DNA from: Spirochaetia bacterium
GTDB taxonomy: Bacteria > Spirochaetota > Spirochaetia > SZUA-6 > Bin103
Length of the DNA stretch: 64,000 nucleotides
Assembly: GCA_965203515.1 (NCBI GenBank)
Contig: OZ241907.1
Location: forward strand, 2,560,001-2,624,000
Reading direction: 5' to 3'
Positions 1 to 13,024 of the stretch are shown piece by piece. A model generated the notes under the pieces. The model was not told the DNA's origin, ran no database searches, and saw only the letters and a program-made list of their open reading frames with translations. How positions within the stretch are numbered: position 1 is the stretch's first letter; every line of letters begins with the position of its first letter. A program made the translations under genes and the position numbers.

Positions 1-436
1 TGCGGGGAATCTCGGCCGTCTCCTTGACCAGGTAGCTGTGCTTCACGATCGGCATGGTCACGCCGAAGATGTCGGCCTCCTGAAAGGCGTCCTTGCCCAG
101 CATCCAGGTCACCTGCTGCCCGGAGACGACGATCATCGGCACCGAGTCCATGTGCGCGGTCATGATGCCGGTCAGGGTGTTGGTCGCGCCCGGACCGCTG
201 GTCACCAGCACGCAGGCCGGCTTGCCGGTGGCGCGGGCGTAGCCGTCGGCCATGTGCGCCGCCCCTTGCTCATGGCGGACCAGGATGAACTCCATGTCCG
301 TGCCGGTCGCCACCAGCGCGTCGAAGATCGGCAAAGCCGCTCCGCCCGACAGGCCGAATACGTGCTTGATCCCCGCCTGCTCCAGGCACTTGATCAGAAT
401 GTGCCCGCCTTCGATGCCGTTTTCGGTCACTGCCAT
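1..436 (-). CDS. ilvB: Acetolactate synthase large subunit, N-terminal part (runs off window)
   Basis: Manual translation from ATG 436: [41 protein letters not shown]...[35 protein letters not shown]...DAFQEAD. This is the ThDP-enzyme N-terminal signature. AGGAG SD upstream. Confidence 0.9.
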   Translation of the reverse strand, partial: MAVTENGIEGGHILIKCLEQAGIKHVFGLSGGAALPIFDALVATGTDMEFILVRHEQGAAHMADGYARATGKPACVLVTSGPGATNTLTGIMTAHMDSVPMIVVSGQQVTWMLGKDAFQEADIFGVTMPIVKHSYLVKETAEIPR

Positions 437-458
437 CGCTTCACTCCTGAGAATGGGA

Positions 459-488
459 AGTATACGAGGGCGATCACGTCGGTGTCAA
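459..488 (-). promoter_or_regulatory. Sigma70-type promoter for ilvB
   Basis: Minus strand TTGACA-18 nt-TATACT upstream of the SD/ATG. Confidence 0.7.
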
Positions 489-628
489 GCCGGCGCCACT
501 CGGCATTACCCTCGTTGTTGACCAACAGCGAATCGACGCTTGGATGAAGAACGACAAATCGACTGAATCATGTTATAGCGGGTCGATCTTCGATCTCGAT
601 ACGACGGTTTTGCAAGGAAGGTGGCGGG

Positions 629-1291
629 TCAGCCGGACAGACGAGCGGAAATCTCCTCCATTCCTGCACGAAGATCGTCCGCAGCGGCTGCGGCCAGCTC
701 GATTCTGCGCGTTTTGATGCGATCGGCCAGATCTTCGTCGCGCAGGAACGGCAGGTTGACGTCGACCGTCATCAGCGCCGACTGCAACGCGGCATGCGCC
801 AACTGCAGCGCCACGCCGGCGTCGCTGATGGCGTGCGCGGCGCCGATCGGCGCCAGCTTCCGAGCCAGCGCCAACACCTCCGCGCAGCGCTCGGCGGTCG
901 CCAGAGGCGCGCGGGTCATGCGCACCACGGCGGCGGCGACCTCCCGCGAACGCCGGTCGACCGCGGCGGCGTCGTCCCTCGGCATGGCCGACGCGCGCAG
1001 GTACGCCTGGTACGAGTCCCCATCCTCGACGGCGGCCTCCTGCAGCGCCTGCATGACGCCGACCGCCCGGCCGCGGAGCCGGTCGACCTCCGCCTCCACC
1101 GCACGGTAGCGCTTCCGGCCGGCGGTCAGCTCGCCCACCATGGAGACCAGCGCGGCCGCCCCGGCGCCGGCCAGCGCCGCCATGGCGCCGCCGCCCGGCG
1201 CCGCCGCCCGGGACGCCGTCCGGGCCAGGAACTCCCGGACCGGGAGGGCCAGCATGCTCTCATCAGACATGCTCACGTCAGGCATGCTCAT
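629..1291 (-). CDS. Cyclodeaminase/cyclohydrolase family protein (FTCD C-terminal / FchA-like)
   Basis: FLARTASRAAAPGGGAMAAL...LVSMVGELT...ISDAGVA...VDVNL pattern; adjacent to folD. Confidence 0.85.
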   Translation of the reverse strand: MSMPDVSMSDESMLALPVREFLARTASRAAAPGGGAMAALAGAGAAALVSMVGELTAGRKRYRAVEAEVDRLRGRAVGVMQALQEAAVEDGDSYQAYLRASAMPRDDAAAVDRRSREVAAAVVRMTRAPLATAERCAEVLALARKLAPIGAAHAISDAGVALQLAHAALQSALMTVDVNLPFLRDEDLADRIKTRRIELAAAAADDLRAGMEEISARLSG

Positions 1292-2183
1292 GCCCCGACC
1301 GATCCGGCGACCGCTCCCCGCTGCGCCGCAGGTCGATGGCGCGCATCACGTTGGCCATGATCATGGCGGTGGTGACCGCGCCCACGCCGCCCGGCACCGG
1401 CGTCAGCGCGCCGGCGACCTGGGCCACCGAATTGCGCTCGACGTCGCCCACCAATTCGTCGCCCACCTGATTGGTGCCGGCATCGATCACCGCCGCGCCG
1501 GGCCGGATCATCGCTCCGGTCACCAGGCGCGGTACGCCGGCGGCCACCACCACCACGTCCGCTTCGCGCAGCACCGCCCCCAGGTCGCGCGTGCGGGTGT
1601 GGCACACCGTGACGGTGGCGTGACGGGTGACCAGCGCGGCGGCCAAGGGACGACCCACGGTCGGGCCGCGGCCCACGACGGCGATCGCCGCGCCGCGAAC
1701 GGTCCGGCCGCAACGCTCGATCATGCGGATGCAGGACAACGCAGTGGCCGGCAGGAGCGCCCGGTCCTCGCGGCCGTCGAAGATCGCCGCCCGGTTGGCA
1801 GGGGTGATGCCGTCCACGTCCTTTGCCGGATGCAGACGGTCGCAGAGCGGCGGCAGCGGTATGCCGGGCGGCAGCGGCAGCTCGACGATCAACCCGTCGA
1901 CCTGCGGGTCGTCGCTGGCGCGGCCGACCGCGGCGGCCGCCTCGGCCGCCGGCGTCTCGGCCGCCAGCCGCACGATCCGCACGTCGATGCCGAGCCGGCG
2001 GCCAAGGGTGCGCTTCGCCCCGGCGTACCAGGCGGACGCGGGGTCGTCGCCGATCAGCAGCACCTCCAGACACGGCGGCCGGCCGGCGGCCGCCGCCGAC
2101 GCCGCGGCGCGTGCGCGCACCTCCTTCCGTATGGCGGCGGCGACGTCCGCTCCGGAGACGATCGTTACCCCGGTTCGGCTCAC
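1278..2183 (-). CDS. folD: Bifunctional methylenetetrahydrofolate dehydrogenase/cyclohydrolase
   Basis: YxxxK (WYAGAK), PAKDVDG, VVGRGPTVGRP, HATVTVCHTRT, LVGDV, TPVPGGVG. GTG start overlaps the helicase stop (GTGA). Confidence 0.92.
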   Translation of the reverse strand: MSRTGVTIVSGADVAAAIRKEVRARAAASAAAAGRPPCLEVLLIGDDPASAWYAGAKRTLGRRLGIDVRIVRLAAETPAAEAAAAVGRASDDPQVDGLIVELPLPPGIPLPPLCDRLHPAKDVDGITPANRAAIFDGREDRALLPATALSCIRMIERCGRTVRGAAIAVVGRGPTVGRPLAAALVTRHATVTVCHTRTRDLGAVLREADVVVVAAGVPRLVTGAMIRPGAAVIDAGTNQVGDELVGDVERNSVAQVAGALTPVPGGVGAVTTAMIMANVMRAIDLRRSGERSPDRSGHEHA

Positions 2184-3757
2184 TCGTCCTCGGCGCCACC
2201 GGTCAGCCGCCGCCACAGGCGCCCCAGCAGCGGACGCTTGGCCGGCTTCGGCGGAACGGATACGGACGCGGACGGCGGCGATTGCCGCGCCGGCTTGGGC
2301 GCCGGTCCGGACCCGTTCCCGTTGGTTGCCGGGGCCACAACCGGCGCCGCGCCCGGACCGGTGCTGCCGTCGGCGCGGGCAGCCGCGGGGAGCGCGGCCG
2401 GTGCGGTCACCGGCGCCGGCTGCCGCCGGGCGGGGCCGGCGCGGCCCGGACCGGCCGGCCGGCCGCGGCCATCCTGCGCTGCCGCCGGTCGGCGGTCGGC
2501 CGGCCGCGGCCCCCGCCGGTGGCCGCCGGCGGTCGGGCGGCCGGCGGGCCGTCGGTCGCGGGCGGACCCCGCGCCGGTGCGATGACGCGGACCTGCCGGC
2601 ACCCGCGCGCCCGCGGAGCGGTCGCCGACGAAGAGCGCCGGAGCCGCCCGCTCCACCGGGATCGACGTGCGGGTGAACTCCTCGATCGCCTGCAGGCCGT
2701 ACACGAACTCCTCACACACCAGGGAGATCGCCTTGCCGCGCTTGCCGGCGCGGGCGGTGCGGCCGATGCGGTGCACGTAGTTCTCCGTATGCTCCGGCAA
2801 ATCGTAGTTGACCACCAGATCCAGGTCGTCGACGTGGAGCCCGCGCGCCGCCACGTCGGTGGCGACCAGGATCGGCAGGTTGCCCTGCTTGAGTTGATCG
2901 ATGAGCTTGAGCCGCTTCTTCTGCGGCAGGTCGCCGATGATGAACTCCGCATCGTGGTCGTTCATGCGGAGCCGGCGCGCCACCTGCTCGGCGGCGTGCT
3001 TGGTGTTGGTGAAGATCAGCGCGCTGTCGGGCTTCTCCTGCGCCAGCAGGCCGAGCAGGAGGCTGAGCTTCTGCCGCTTGGTGACGTGGTAGAGGCTCTG
3101 CGTGACGGTATCGACCGTCACCCGCTCCGGCTTGATGGCGATCTCCGCCGGTTTGCTCATGTCCCGCCACGCCAGGTTCCGCACCCGGCCGTCCAGGGTG
3201 GCGCTGGACAGCATGGTCCAGCGCTCTTTGGCGGGCGGCACCTTGCGCAGAATCTTGCGGAGATCGGGCATGAACCCCATGTCGAACAAGCGATCCGCCT
3301 CGTCTATGACCAGGGCGCCGACGTCGTGCAGCCGCACCTTGCCGGAGCGTTCGAAGTCGAGCAGCCGGCCGGGCGTGGCGATGAGGACGTCGACGCCCTC
3401 CCGCAGGCTGCGCTCCTGTTCCTCGTAGCCCACGCCCCCGAACACGCACGCCGTCTTGAAGTCGAGGTGCTTGCCGAGCAGGCGCGCCTCCTGCTCTATC
3501 TGCACCGCCAGCTCGCGCGTCGGGACGACGATGAGCGCGAACCGGTCGTCGAAGTATTCCTCCTTGAGGAACAGCTCGAAGATGGAGATCAGGAACGCGG
3601 CGGTCTTGCCGGTCCCGGTCTGGGACTGCACGGTCACGTCGATCCCTTCCAGCGAATACTCGAAGGTGCGTTCCTGGACGCTGGTGCATTCGACGAATCC
3701 GGCGTCGCGGATTCCCGCCTGAATCTTCGGATCCAGGTTGAGCTCGGTAAACTTCAT
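2180..3757 (-). CDS. DEAD-box ATP-dependent RNA helicase (RhlB/RhlE-like) with R/G/P-rich C-terminal tail
   Basis: QTGTGKT, PTRELA, TPGRL, DEAD, SAT, TDVAARGL, HRIGRTAR motifs. Confidence 0.95.
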   Translation of the reverse strand: MKFTELNLDPKIQAGIRDAGFVECTSVQERTFEYSLEGIDVTVQSQTGTGKTAAFLISIFELFLKEEYFDDRFALIVVPTRELAVQIEQEARLLGKHLDFKTACVFGGVGYEEQERSLREGVDVLIATPGRLLDFERSGKVRLHDVGALVIDEADRLFDMGFMPDLRKILRKVPPAKERWTMLSSATLDGRVRNLAWRDMSKPAEIAIKPERVTVDTVTQSLYHVTKRQKLSLLLGLLAQEKPDSALIFTNTKHAAEQVARRLRMNDHDAEFIIGDLPQKKRLKLIDQLKQGNLPILVATDVAARGLHVDDLDLVVNYDLPEHTENYVHRIGRTARAGKRGKAISLVCEEFVYGLQAIEEFTRTSIPVERAAPALFVGDRSAGARVPAGPRHRTGAGSARDRRPAGRPTAGGHRRGPRPADRRPAAAQDGRGRPAGPGRAGPARRQPAPVTAPAALPAAARADGSTGPGAAPVVAPATNGNGSGPAPKPARQSPPSASVSVPPKPAKRPLLGRLWRRLTGGAEDE

Positions 3758-3956
3758 CTGATTTGTGGGTCTGCTCCATGAGTCGTTGGCGGTCGCCGGC
3801 CGGCTCCGCAGCGGGGATCACCGCCCGGCCGACGGCCACGCAGCCGGCGTCCGCCTTCCGCGCCGCGGCTGCGACGGCGCCAGCCGAGCGTGCGGACGCA
3901 ACGCCGACCGCCATCGGATCGGCGCAATCGAGGGTCGATACCGTTATTCTACTGCC

Positions 3957-3987
3957 AAAACGCGCCGCCGCATAGCCCGGCGCGTTT
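3957..3987 (-). terminator. Probable intrinsic terminator ending the pyr operon
   Basis: Perfect 10-bp inverted repeat AAACGCGCCG/CGGCGCGTTT immediately after the pyrD stop, ending in TTTT on the minus strand. Confidence 0.6.
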
Positions 3988-4937
3988 CAACCGGCCGCGC
4001 TCCGCTCCGAACCCCAACGGATGGAGCCGATCAGATCGCGCAGCGACCCGCCTTCGGCGCGCAGATGGCCGGCGATGCCGTCGCGCACCGCGATCGCCGC
4101 GGCCGGATCGACGAACGACGCGGTGCCGACCTGCACCGCCGACGCACCGGCGACGATCATCTGCAGGGCGTCGGTGGCGGTGCTCACGCCGCCCGCGCCG
4201 ATCACGGGGATGGCGACCGCGCGCGCGGCCTGAAACACCTGTCGGACCGCGATCGGCAGGATCGCCGGCCCGGACAGACCGCCGGTGCCGTTGGCCAGCA
4301 CCGGACGGCGCGTGCGCACGTCGATCACCATGGCGGTGATCGTGTTCATCACCGTGACGGCGTCCGCGCCGGCCCGCTCGGCCGCCGCCGCGTACACCGC
4401 CACGTCCGGCACCTCCGGGCTCAGCTTGGCGACCACCGGCCGATCGGTGACCGCCCGCGCCGCGGCGACCGCGGCGGCGACCAGCTCCGGGTCGTGCGCG
4501 AACATGCGCTCATCGGCATAGGCGACGTTCGGGCACGACAGGTTGAGCTCGAAGCCGGTCCGCGCGCCCAGGCCGGGCTCCTGGCAGACGCGCCGCACCA
4601 CCGCGCGCAACTCCTCCACCGTCTGTCCCATGACGCTCACCAGGACCGGCACGCCGAGCCCGGTCAGGTACGGCAGCTTGTCCCGGCAGAACGCATCGAC
4701 CCCCACGTTCTGCAGGCCGATCGCGTTGAGCATGCCGGACGGCGTCTCGATGACGCGCGGCGGCGGGTTGCCGGCGCGCGGGCGCAGGGTGACGGTCTTG
4801 GTGACGATCCCGCCCAGCTCGCCGAGCGGCAGGAACGGTTCGAGCTCCCGGCCGTAGCCGCAGGTGCCGGAGGCGAGCATCACCGGGTTCGGAGCGGCGA
4901 GCCCGCGCGCGATCGTGGTCGTCAGGTCGACCATCAC
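3987..4937 (-). CDS. pyrD: Dihydroorotate dehydrogenase B, catalytic subunit
   Basis: NPVMLASGTCG, TKTVT, GNPPPR, MLNAIGLQN, ELNLSCPN, KLSP, GGLSGPAI. Start is GTG 4937 or ATG 4934, overlapping the pyrK stop. Confidence 0.95.
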   Translation of the reverse strand: MMVDLTTTIARGLAAPNPVMLASGTCGYGRELEPFLPLGELGGIVTKTVTLRPRAGNPPPRVIETPSGMLNAIGLQNVGVDAFCRDKLPYLTGLGVPVLVSVMGQTVEELRAVVRRVCQEPGLGARTGFELNLSCPNVAYADERMFAHDPELVAAAVAAARAVTDRPVVAKLSPEVPDVAVYAAAAERAGADAVTVMNTITAMVIDVRTRRPVLANGTGGLSGPAILPIAVRQVFQAARAVAIPVIGAGGVSTATDALQMIVAGASAVQVGTASFVDPAAAIAVRDGIAGHLRAEGGSLRDLIGSIRWGSERSAAG

Positions 4938-5706
4938 GCCGCCGCCGGCGGCCGCGGCCATGCCAGCCGTTCGGCGTCGAAGGCCGGGCCGTCGCGGCAC
5001 ACCAGCGCGTAGCCGCCGGCCGCGGTCGCCACCGCGCACCCCTGGCAGGCGCCGAACCCGCACGCCATGTGCTCTTCCACCGCGACCTGACACGGGGCGC
5101 CGCTCTGCCGGCAGATCGCGGCCACCGCGGCCAGCATCGGCGCCGGACCGCAGGCGTAGACGCGGTGACCCCGGCCGCCCGCGCGCAGCCACTTCGCCAG
5201 GAGCGCCGCGGCGGTGCCGCGGCCGCCGGCGCTGCCGTCGTCGGTCATCACGCCCACCTCCACGCCCAGCGCGGCGAACTCGCCGCGCAGGAGCACCTGA
5301 TCGGCGGTGCGGGCGCCGACGATCACGCGGGGCGACGCGCCGTCGCCGGTCAGCCGCTTGGCCAGCGCGTAGATCGGCGGCACGCCCACGCCGCCGCCGA
5401 CCAGGATCGAGTCCGCCGCGCCGTCACGGCGAAAGCCGCGGCCGAGCGGCCCCAGCACCCACACGAGCTGCCCCGGCGCGTATCCGAACAGCGCGCGGGT
5501 GCCGGCCCCCACCGCCTTGGACAGCACGGCCAGATGGCGCCGGTCGGCCCACAGGATGCTGAACGGCCGCGGCAGGTACGCGGCCTCCACGCCGAGCTGC
5601 ACGAACTGGCCCGGCTCGAAGCCGGCGCCCAGGCCGCAGGCCAGGGTCAGCACGTGGTGTTGGGGGGCGACCACCCGGTTGGCGGCCACCTCGCAGAGCT
5701 GCCGGG

Positions 5707-5710
<4 letters not shown>
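4934..5710 (-). CDS. pyrK: Dihydroorotate dehydrogenase electron transfer subunit
   Basis: [43 protein letters not shown]...VCRDGP (2Fe-2S). GTGA overlap with the carB stop. Confidence 0.93.
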
Positions 5711-8952
<3,242 letters not shown>

Positions 8953-8974
8953 TACCGCGACCTCATGAAATCAG

Positions 8975-10078
8975 TCATTTGCCTGCCGCCATGTCGGCGA
9001 TGAAGCGGTCGAACAGGGGACGGGCGTCATGCGGGCCGGGCGCCGCCTCCGGGTGGTACTGGATGGCGTAGACCGGCAGGTCGCGGTGCTCGATTCCCTC
9101 CACGGTATCGTCGTTGAGGTTGACCTGGGTCAGGCGGTAGTCGGCGGGCAGCGAGTCGAGGCGCACCGCAAAGCCGTGGTTCTGGGAGGTGATGGCGACC
9201 GAGCCGGTGGCCAGGTCCTTGACCGGATGATTGCCGCCGTGGTGTCCGAACTTGAGCTTGTAGCACTCGCCGCCGGCCGACAGGGCGGTGATCTGCTGGC
9301 CCAGGCAGATGCCGAACACCGGCAGCGCGCCGATCAACTCGCGCACCGCGTCGATCAGGTAGACCGGGCCGTCGGGGTCGCCGGGCCCGTTGGACAGGAA
9401 CAGCCCGTCGGGGCCGAGCGCCAGGATGTCGGCGGCCGGCGTGGAGGCCGGCACCACCGTGACCCGGCAGCCGCGCGCGGCCAACAGGCGCAGGATGTTG
9501 GTCTTGATGCCGCAGTCGACCGCCACCACGTGGTGGGCGCCCTGCGCGCTGTAGACGTATGGTTCGGCGCAGGTGACGGCGGCGACCAGGTCGCGGCCGA
9601 TCAGCCCCGGCGAGCGGTCGGCCAGCGCCGCGGCATCCGCCTCCGACAGGTCCTCCGTGGTCAGGACCGCCTTGAGCGCCCCGGCGCGGCGGATGTGCCG
9701 GGTCAGCGCCCGCGTGTCGATCCCCTCGATGCCGACCACGCCGGCGGCTTGCAGGTACGCGGACAGGTCTCCGGTGGCGCGCCAGTTGGAAACGACCGGC
9801 GACAGCTCCTTGATGATAAGCCCCTCCGCCTGCGGGCCGGCCGACTCCGGGTCCTCCTCATTGACGCCGTAGTTGCCGATGAGCGGATAGGTCATGCAGA
9901 CGATCTGCCCCTTGTAGGAGGGATCGGTGATGATCTCCTGATAGCCGGTCATGCTGGTGTTGAAGACGACCTCGCCGTCGCGGGTGCCTTCGGCGCCGAA
10001 GCGGGTGCCGTGAAAGACCCGCCCGTCCTCCAGCGCCAGCATCGCCCGCCGGTTCGCGCTGCCGGCCGCAGGGCTCAC
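8975..10078 (-). CDS. carA: Carbamoyl-phosphate synthase small subunit
   Basis: [43 protein letters not shown]. Probable GTG start overlapping the pyrC stop. Confidence 0.96.
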   Translation of the reverse strand: MSPAAGSANRRAMLALEDGRVFHGTRFGAEGTRDGEVVFNTSMTGYQEIITDPSYKGQIVCMTYPLIGNYGVNEEDPESAGPQAEGLIIKELSPVVSNWRATGDLSAYLQAAGVVGIEGIDTRALTRHIRRAGALKAVLTTEDLSEADAAALADRSPGLIGRDLVAAVTCAEPYVYSAQGAHHVVAVDCGIKTNILRLLAARGCRVTVVPASTPAADILALGPDGLFLSNGPGDPDGPVYLIDAVRELIGALPVFGICLGQQITALSAGGECYKLKFGHHGGNHPVKDLATGSVAITSQNHGFAVRLDSLPADYRLTQVNLNDDTVEGIEHRDLPVYAIQYHPEAAPGPHDARPLFDRFIADMAAGK

Positions 10079-11361
10079 GACGCCTCCAGCCGGCCCGACG
10101 CCATCAGCACGCGGCCGCCGACGATGCAGGCGGTCGCCCGCCCGGTCATGGCGGCGCCCAGGAAGGGGGTGTTGATCGACTTGGACCGGATCGCGCCGCG
10201 GCCGACCACCCACGACGCGGCGGGGTCGATCACGGTGACGTCGGCGACCGCGCCGGCCGACAGATGCCCGCGGTCGACGCCGATGACCGCCGCCGGATTG
10301 CAGGAGAGGCAGCGCACGAACCGCGGCCAGTCGATCAGGCCGTCGCGCACCAGGTTGAGCGCCAGCGGCACGGTCGTCTCCAGGCCGATGATGCCGTTTG
10401 GCGCGTTGCGAAACTCCAGCGCCTTCTCATACGGGGCGTGCGGGGCGTGGTCGCTGCCGATCGTGTCGATGACCCCGTCGGCCAAGGCCGCCCGGATCGC
10501 CGCGCGGTCCGCCTCCGAGCGGAGCGGCGGATACATCTTGGCGTCCGTGCGGTAGCCGTCGACCGCCTCGTCGGTGAGCTCCCAGTAGTGGGGGCAGGTC
10601 TCGGCCGTGACCGCGATATCCTCGCGCTTGGCCATGCGGATCAGATCGACCGAGCGGGCGCAGGAGACGTGCAGGAAGTGGACGCGACCGCCGGTGAGCG
10701 CGGCGATCTGGATGTCGCGGGCGACCATCGCGCTCTCGGCAGCGCACGGGCTGCCGGACAGACCCATCCGGGTGGCGGCCAACCCCTCGTTCATGGTGCC
10801 GTCGCCGGACAGGCCGGTGTCCTCGGCGTGGACGAAGATCGGCAGCTTGAACTTCAGCGCGTATTCCAGGCCGCGGCGCATCACCATCGAGTCGGAGATC
10901 GGCCGGCCGTCGTCGGACAGCGCGACCGCGCCTCCCTTGCGAAGCTGACCGAACTCGGTGAGCTGACGCCCCTCCTGGCCCTGCGTGACCGCGCCGGCCG
11001 GCCACAGCCGCGCCAGCCCGATGCGGCGCGCCTCCCGGATCAGGAACTCCATGTCGGGACGGCTGTCGGAGATCGGCCGGGTGTTGGGCATCGGGCAGAC
11101 GCCGGTAAAGCCGCCGGCGACCGCCGCGGTGAGCCCGCTGCGCAGGTCCTCCTTGTACTCGAACCCGGGCTCGCGCAGATGCACGTGCAGGTCGATCAGG
11201 CCGGGCATCACCACCTGGCCGGCGCAGTCGATGATCCGGTCCGCCGCCGCCGGGCCGGCGTCCGTGGAGGCGATCACGCCGTCGCGGATGAACAGGTCGC
11301 CGACGCGATCGACGTCGTTGCGCGGGTCCAGCACGCGCCCGCCGCGCAGCAGCACCGTCAT
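10075..11361 (-). CDS. pyrC: Dihydroorotase (multifunctional complex type)
   Basis: [43 protein letters not shown]. Confidence 0.96.
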   Translation of the reverse strand: MTVLLRGGRVLDPRNDVDRVGDLFIRDGVIASTDAGPAAADRIIDCAGQVVMPGLIDLHVHLREPGFEYKEDLRSGLTAAVAGGFTGVCPMPNTRPISDSRPDMEFLIREARRIGLARLWPAGAVTQGQEGRQLTEFGQLRKGGAVALSDDGRPISDSMVMRRGLEYALKFKLPIFVHAEDTGLSGDGTMNEGLAATRMGLSGSPCAAESAMVARDIQIAALTGGRVHFLHVSCARSVDLIRMAKREDIAVTAETCPHYWELTDEAVDGYRTDAKMYPPLRSEADRAAIRAALADGVIDTIGSDHAPHAPYEKALEFRNAPNGIIGLETTVPLALNLVRDGLIDWPRFVRCLSCNPAAVIGVDRGHLSAGAVADVTVIDPAASWVVGRGAIRSKSINTPFLGAAMTGRATACIVGGRVLMASGRLEAS

Positions 11362-11368
11362 CGCGCCG

Positions 11369-12343
11369 TCACCGGGCCAGGCAGGTGTGGAACAGGACCG
11401 CCATGCGCACCGCCACGCCGTTGGTCACCTGATCCAGAATGAGCGAGTGCGGGCCGTCGGCCACGTCGGCGGCGATCTCCACGCCGCGGTGCATCGGCAT
11501 GGGGTGCAACACCAGCACGTCCGGGTCGGCGGCGGCCAGCCGTTCGCGGGTGATGCCGTACTCGACCGCGTATTCGTGGATCGACGGGAAGTAGCCGCCG
11601 TGCTGGCGCTCGAACTGGATGCGCAGGATGTTCAGCACGTCCTGATCGCCGATCACCGCGTCCAGGTCGTAGCTCACCGCCACGCCCAGCTTCTCGACGT
11701 CGGCCGGGATCAGCGTCGGCGGCCCGCAGACGGTGACCGACGCACCGAGCCGGGTCAGACCCCAGATGTTGGACCGCGCCACGCGCGAATGCAGGATGTC
11801 GCCGATCAGGCAGACGCGCAGCCCTTCGATCGGCCGCCGTTCGCGGATCGTGTAGATGTCGAGCAATCCCTGCGTGGGGTGTTCGTGCACGCCGTCGCCG
11901 GCGTTGACGACCCCGGCGTCGAGGACGCGCGCCAGCAGATCGGCGGCGCCCGATGCCTGATGGCGCACCACGACGGTATCGATCTGCATCGCCTCGATCG
12001 CGCGGGCGGTGTCGGTCAGGCTCTCCCCCTTGGCGGTGCTCGAGGTCGAGCCGGTCAGGTTGACGGTGTCGGCCGACAGCCGCTTGGCGGCCAGCTCGAA
12101 GCTGGAGCAGGTGCGGGTCGAGGCTTCGAAGAACAGGTTGGCGATCGTCTTGCCCTGCAGGGCCGGAACCTTCTTGACGTTGCGCGAGGAGACCTCCTTG
12201 AAGGAGTCCGTGGAGTCGAGGAGCAGCTCGATCTCCGCGCGGGACAGCTCCTGCAGGCCGAGCAGGTCCTTGCGCGACCAGCGGATGCCGTCCGCGGTCG
12301 GCGCCGCGGGGGCGGCGGCCGGCGCCGGCAGGGTGCCCGTCAT
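11369..12343 (-). CDS. pyrB: Aspartate carbamoyltransferase catalytic subunit
   Basis: FFEASTRT, KGESLTDT, NAGDGVHEHPTQ, GDILHSRV, LRIQFER. Confidence 0.96.
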   Translation of the reverse strand: MTGTLPAPAAAPAAPTADGIRWSRKDLLGLQELSRAEIELLLDSTDSFKEVSSRNVKKVPALQGKTIANLFFEASTRTCSSFELAAKRLSADTVNLTGSTSSTAKGESLTDTARAIEAMQIDTVVVRHQASGAADLLARVLDAGVVNAGDGVHEHPTQGLLDIYTIRERRPIEGLRVCLIGDILHSRVARSNIWGLTRLGASVTVCGPPTLIPADVEKLGVAVSYDLDAVIGDQDVLNILRIQFERQHGGYFPSIHEYAVEYGITRERLAAADPDVLVLHPMPMHRGVEIAADVADGPHSLILDQVTNGVAVRMAVLFHTCLAR

Positions 12344-12876
12344 GACGAGCTGTCCCGGCGCTCGATCAGCACGTCATCGACCCCGTCGGTCTCCATGAAG
12401 CGGACGCGGATCTTCTCGTCCCGGGCGGTAGGGATGTTCCTGCCGACGTAGTCGGCGCGGATCGGCAGCTCGCGGTGGCCGCGGTCGACCAGCACCGCCA
12501 GCTTGATCTTGCGGGGGCGGCCGAAGTCGGCCAGGGCGTCCATGGCGGCGCGGGTGGTGCGGCCGGTGTAGAGCACGTCGTCGACCAGGATCACGACGGT
12601 GCCGTCGATCGGAAAGCCGAGCTCGGTGGGCCGCACGACCGGCTGCGCGGCCACGGCGGTCAGGTCGTCGCGATAGAGGTTGATGTCCAGGGTGCCGAGG
12701 GGGACGTCGAGGCCGCCGGCCTCCCGGACCGCCTGCGCCAAGCGCCGGGCCATCGGCACGCCGCGGGTGCGGACGCCGATCAGGCGCAGGTCGTCTTCGG
12801 CCGATTCGATGATCTCGTGAGCGATCCGGGTGATCGCGCGCCGTATCTGGCCGGCGTCGAGTACGCGCCGACTCAT
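12340..12876 (-). CDS. pyrR: Bifunctional pyr operon regulator / uracil phosphoribosyltransferase PyrR
   Basis: TRIAHEI, LDINLYRDDL, ILVDDVLYTGRT, VLVDRGHRELPIRADYVG. ATG 12876 is preferred over 12924. Confidence 0.95.
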   Translation of the reverse strand: MSRRVLDAGQIRRAITRIAHEIIESAEDDLRLIGVRTRGVPMARRLAQAVREAGGLDVPLGTLDINLYRDDLTAVAAQPVVRPTELGFPIDGTVVILVDDVLYTGRTTRAAMDALADFGRPRKIKLAVLVDRGHRELPIRADYVGRNIPTARDEKIRVRFMETDGVDDVLIERRDSSS

Positions 12877-12917
12877 GGGGCCCGCCGTGCGGCGGGAAAG
12901 CGCTGAGCGTGCAGCAT
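12873..12917 (-). CDS. Putative pyr leader peptide MLHAQRFPAARRAP (14 aa)
   Basis: ATG 12917 lies 6 nt after AAAGGGA. Its TGA overlaps the pyrR ATG (ATGA). Confidence 0.5.
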   Translation of the reverse strand: MLHAQRFPAARRAP

Positions 12918-12921
12918 GGGC

Positions 12922-12960
12922 CATCCCTTTCGGGCCTCACAGGACCCGACTTAAAGGTAT
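12922..12960 (-). promoter_or_regulatory. PyrR-binding loop (cis-regulatory RNA)
   Basis: Minus strand ACCUUUAAGUCGGGUCCUGUGAGGCCCGAAAGGGAU matches the PyrR consensus CUUUAA...RGUCCnGnGAGGY...AAAGG, directly upstream of pyrR. Confidence 0.88.
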
Positions 12961-12966
12961 CGGCGT

Positions 12967-12995
12967 ACGCTAACCCCCCGGCGGCCCGGCGTCAA
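12967..12995 (-). promoter_or_regulatory. Sigma70-type promoter of the pyr operon
   Basis: TTGACG-17 nt-TAGCGT, placing the start site at about 12960, the 5' edge of the PyrR loop. Confidence 0.7.
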
Positions 12996-13024
12996 CCGGC
13001 CGGCAGGGCGCCCTGACGGAGTAG

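Noticed and set aside
38..547. Plus-strand 169-aa ORF resembling an enzyme fragment
   Set aside because: It is antisense to the ilvB 5' region, which has its own SD and promoter.
3787..3913. Structured region as SRP RNA, 6S RNA or tRNA
   Set aside because: It lacks the SRP helix-8 and tRNA T/D-loop consensus; kept only as a candidate leader.
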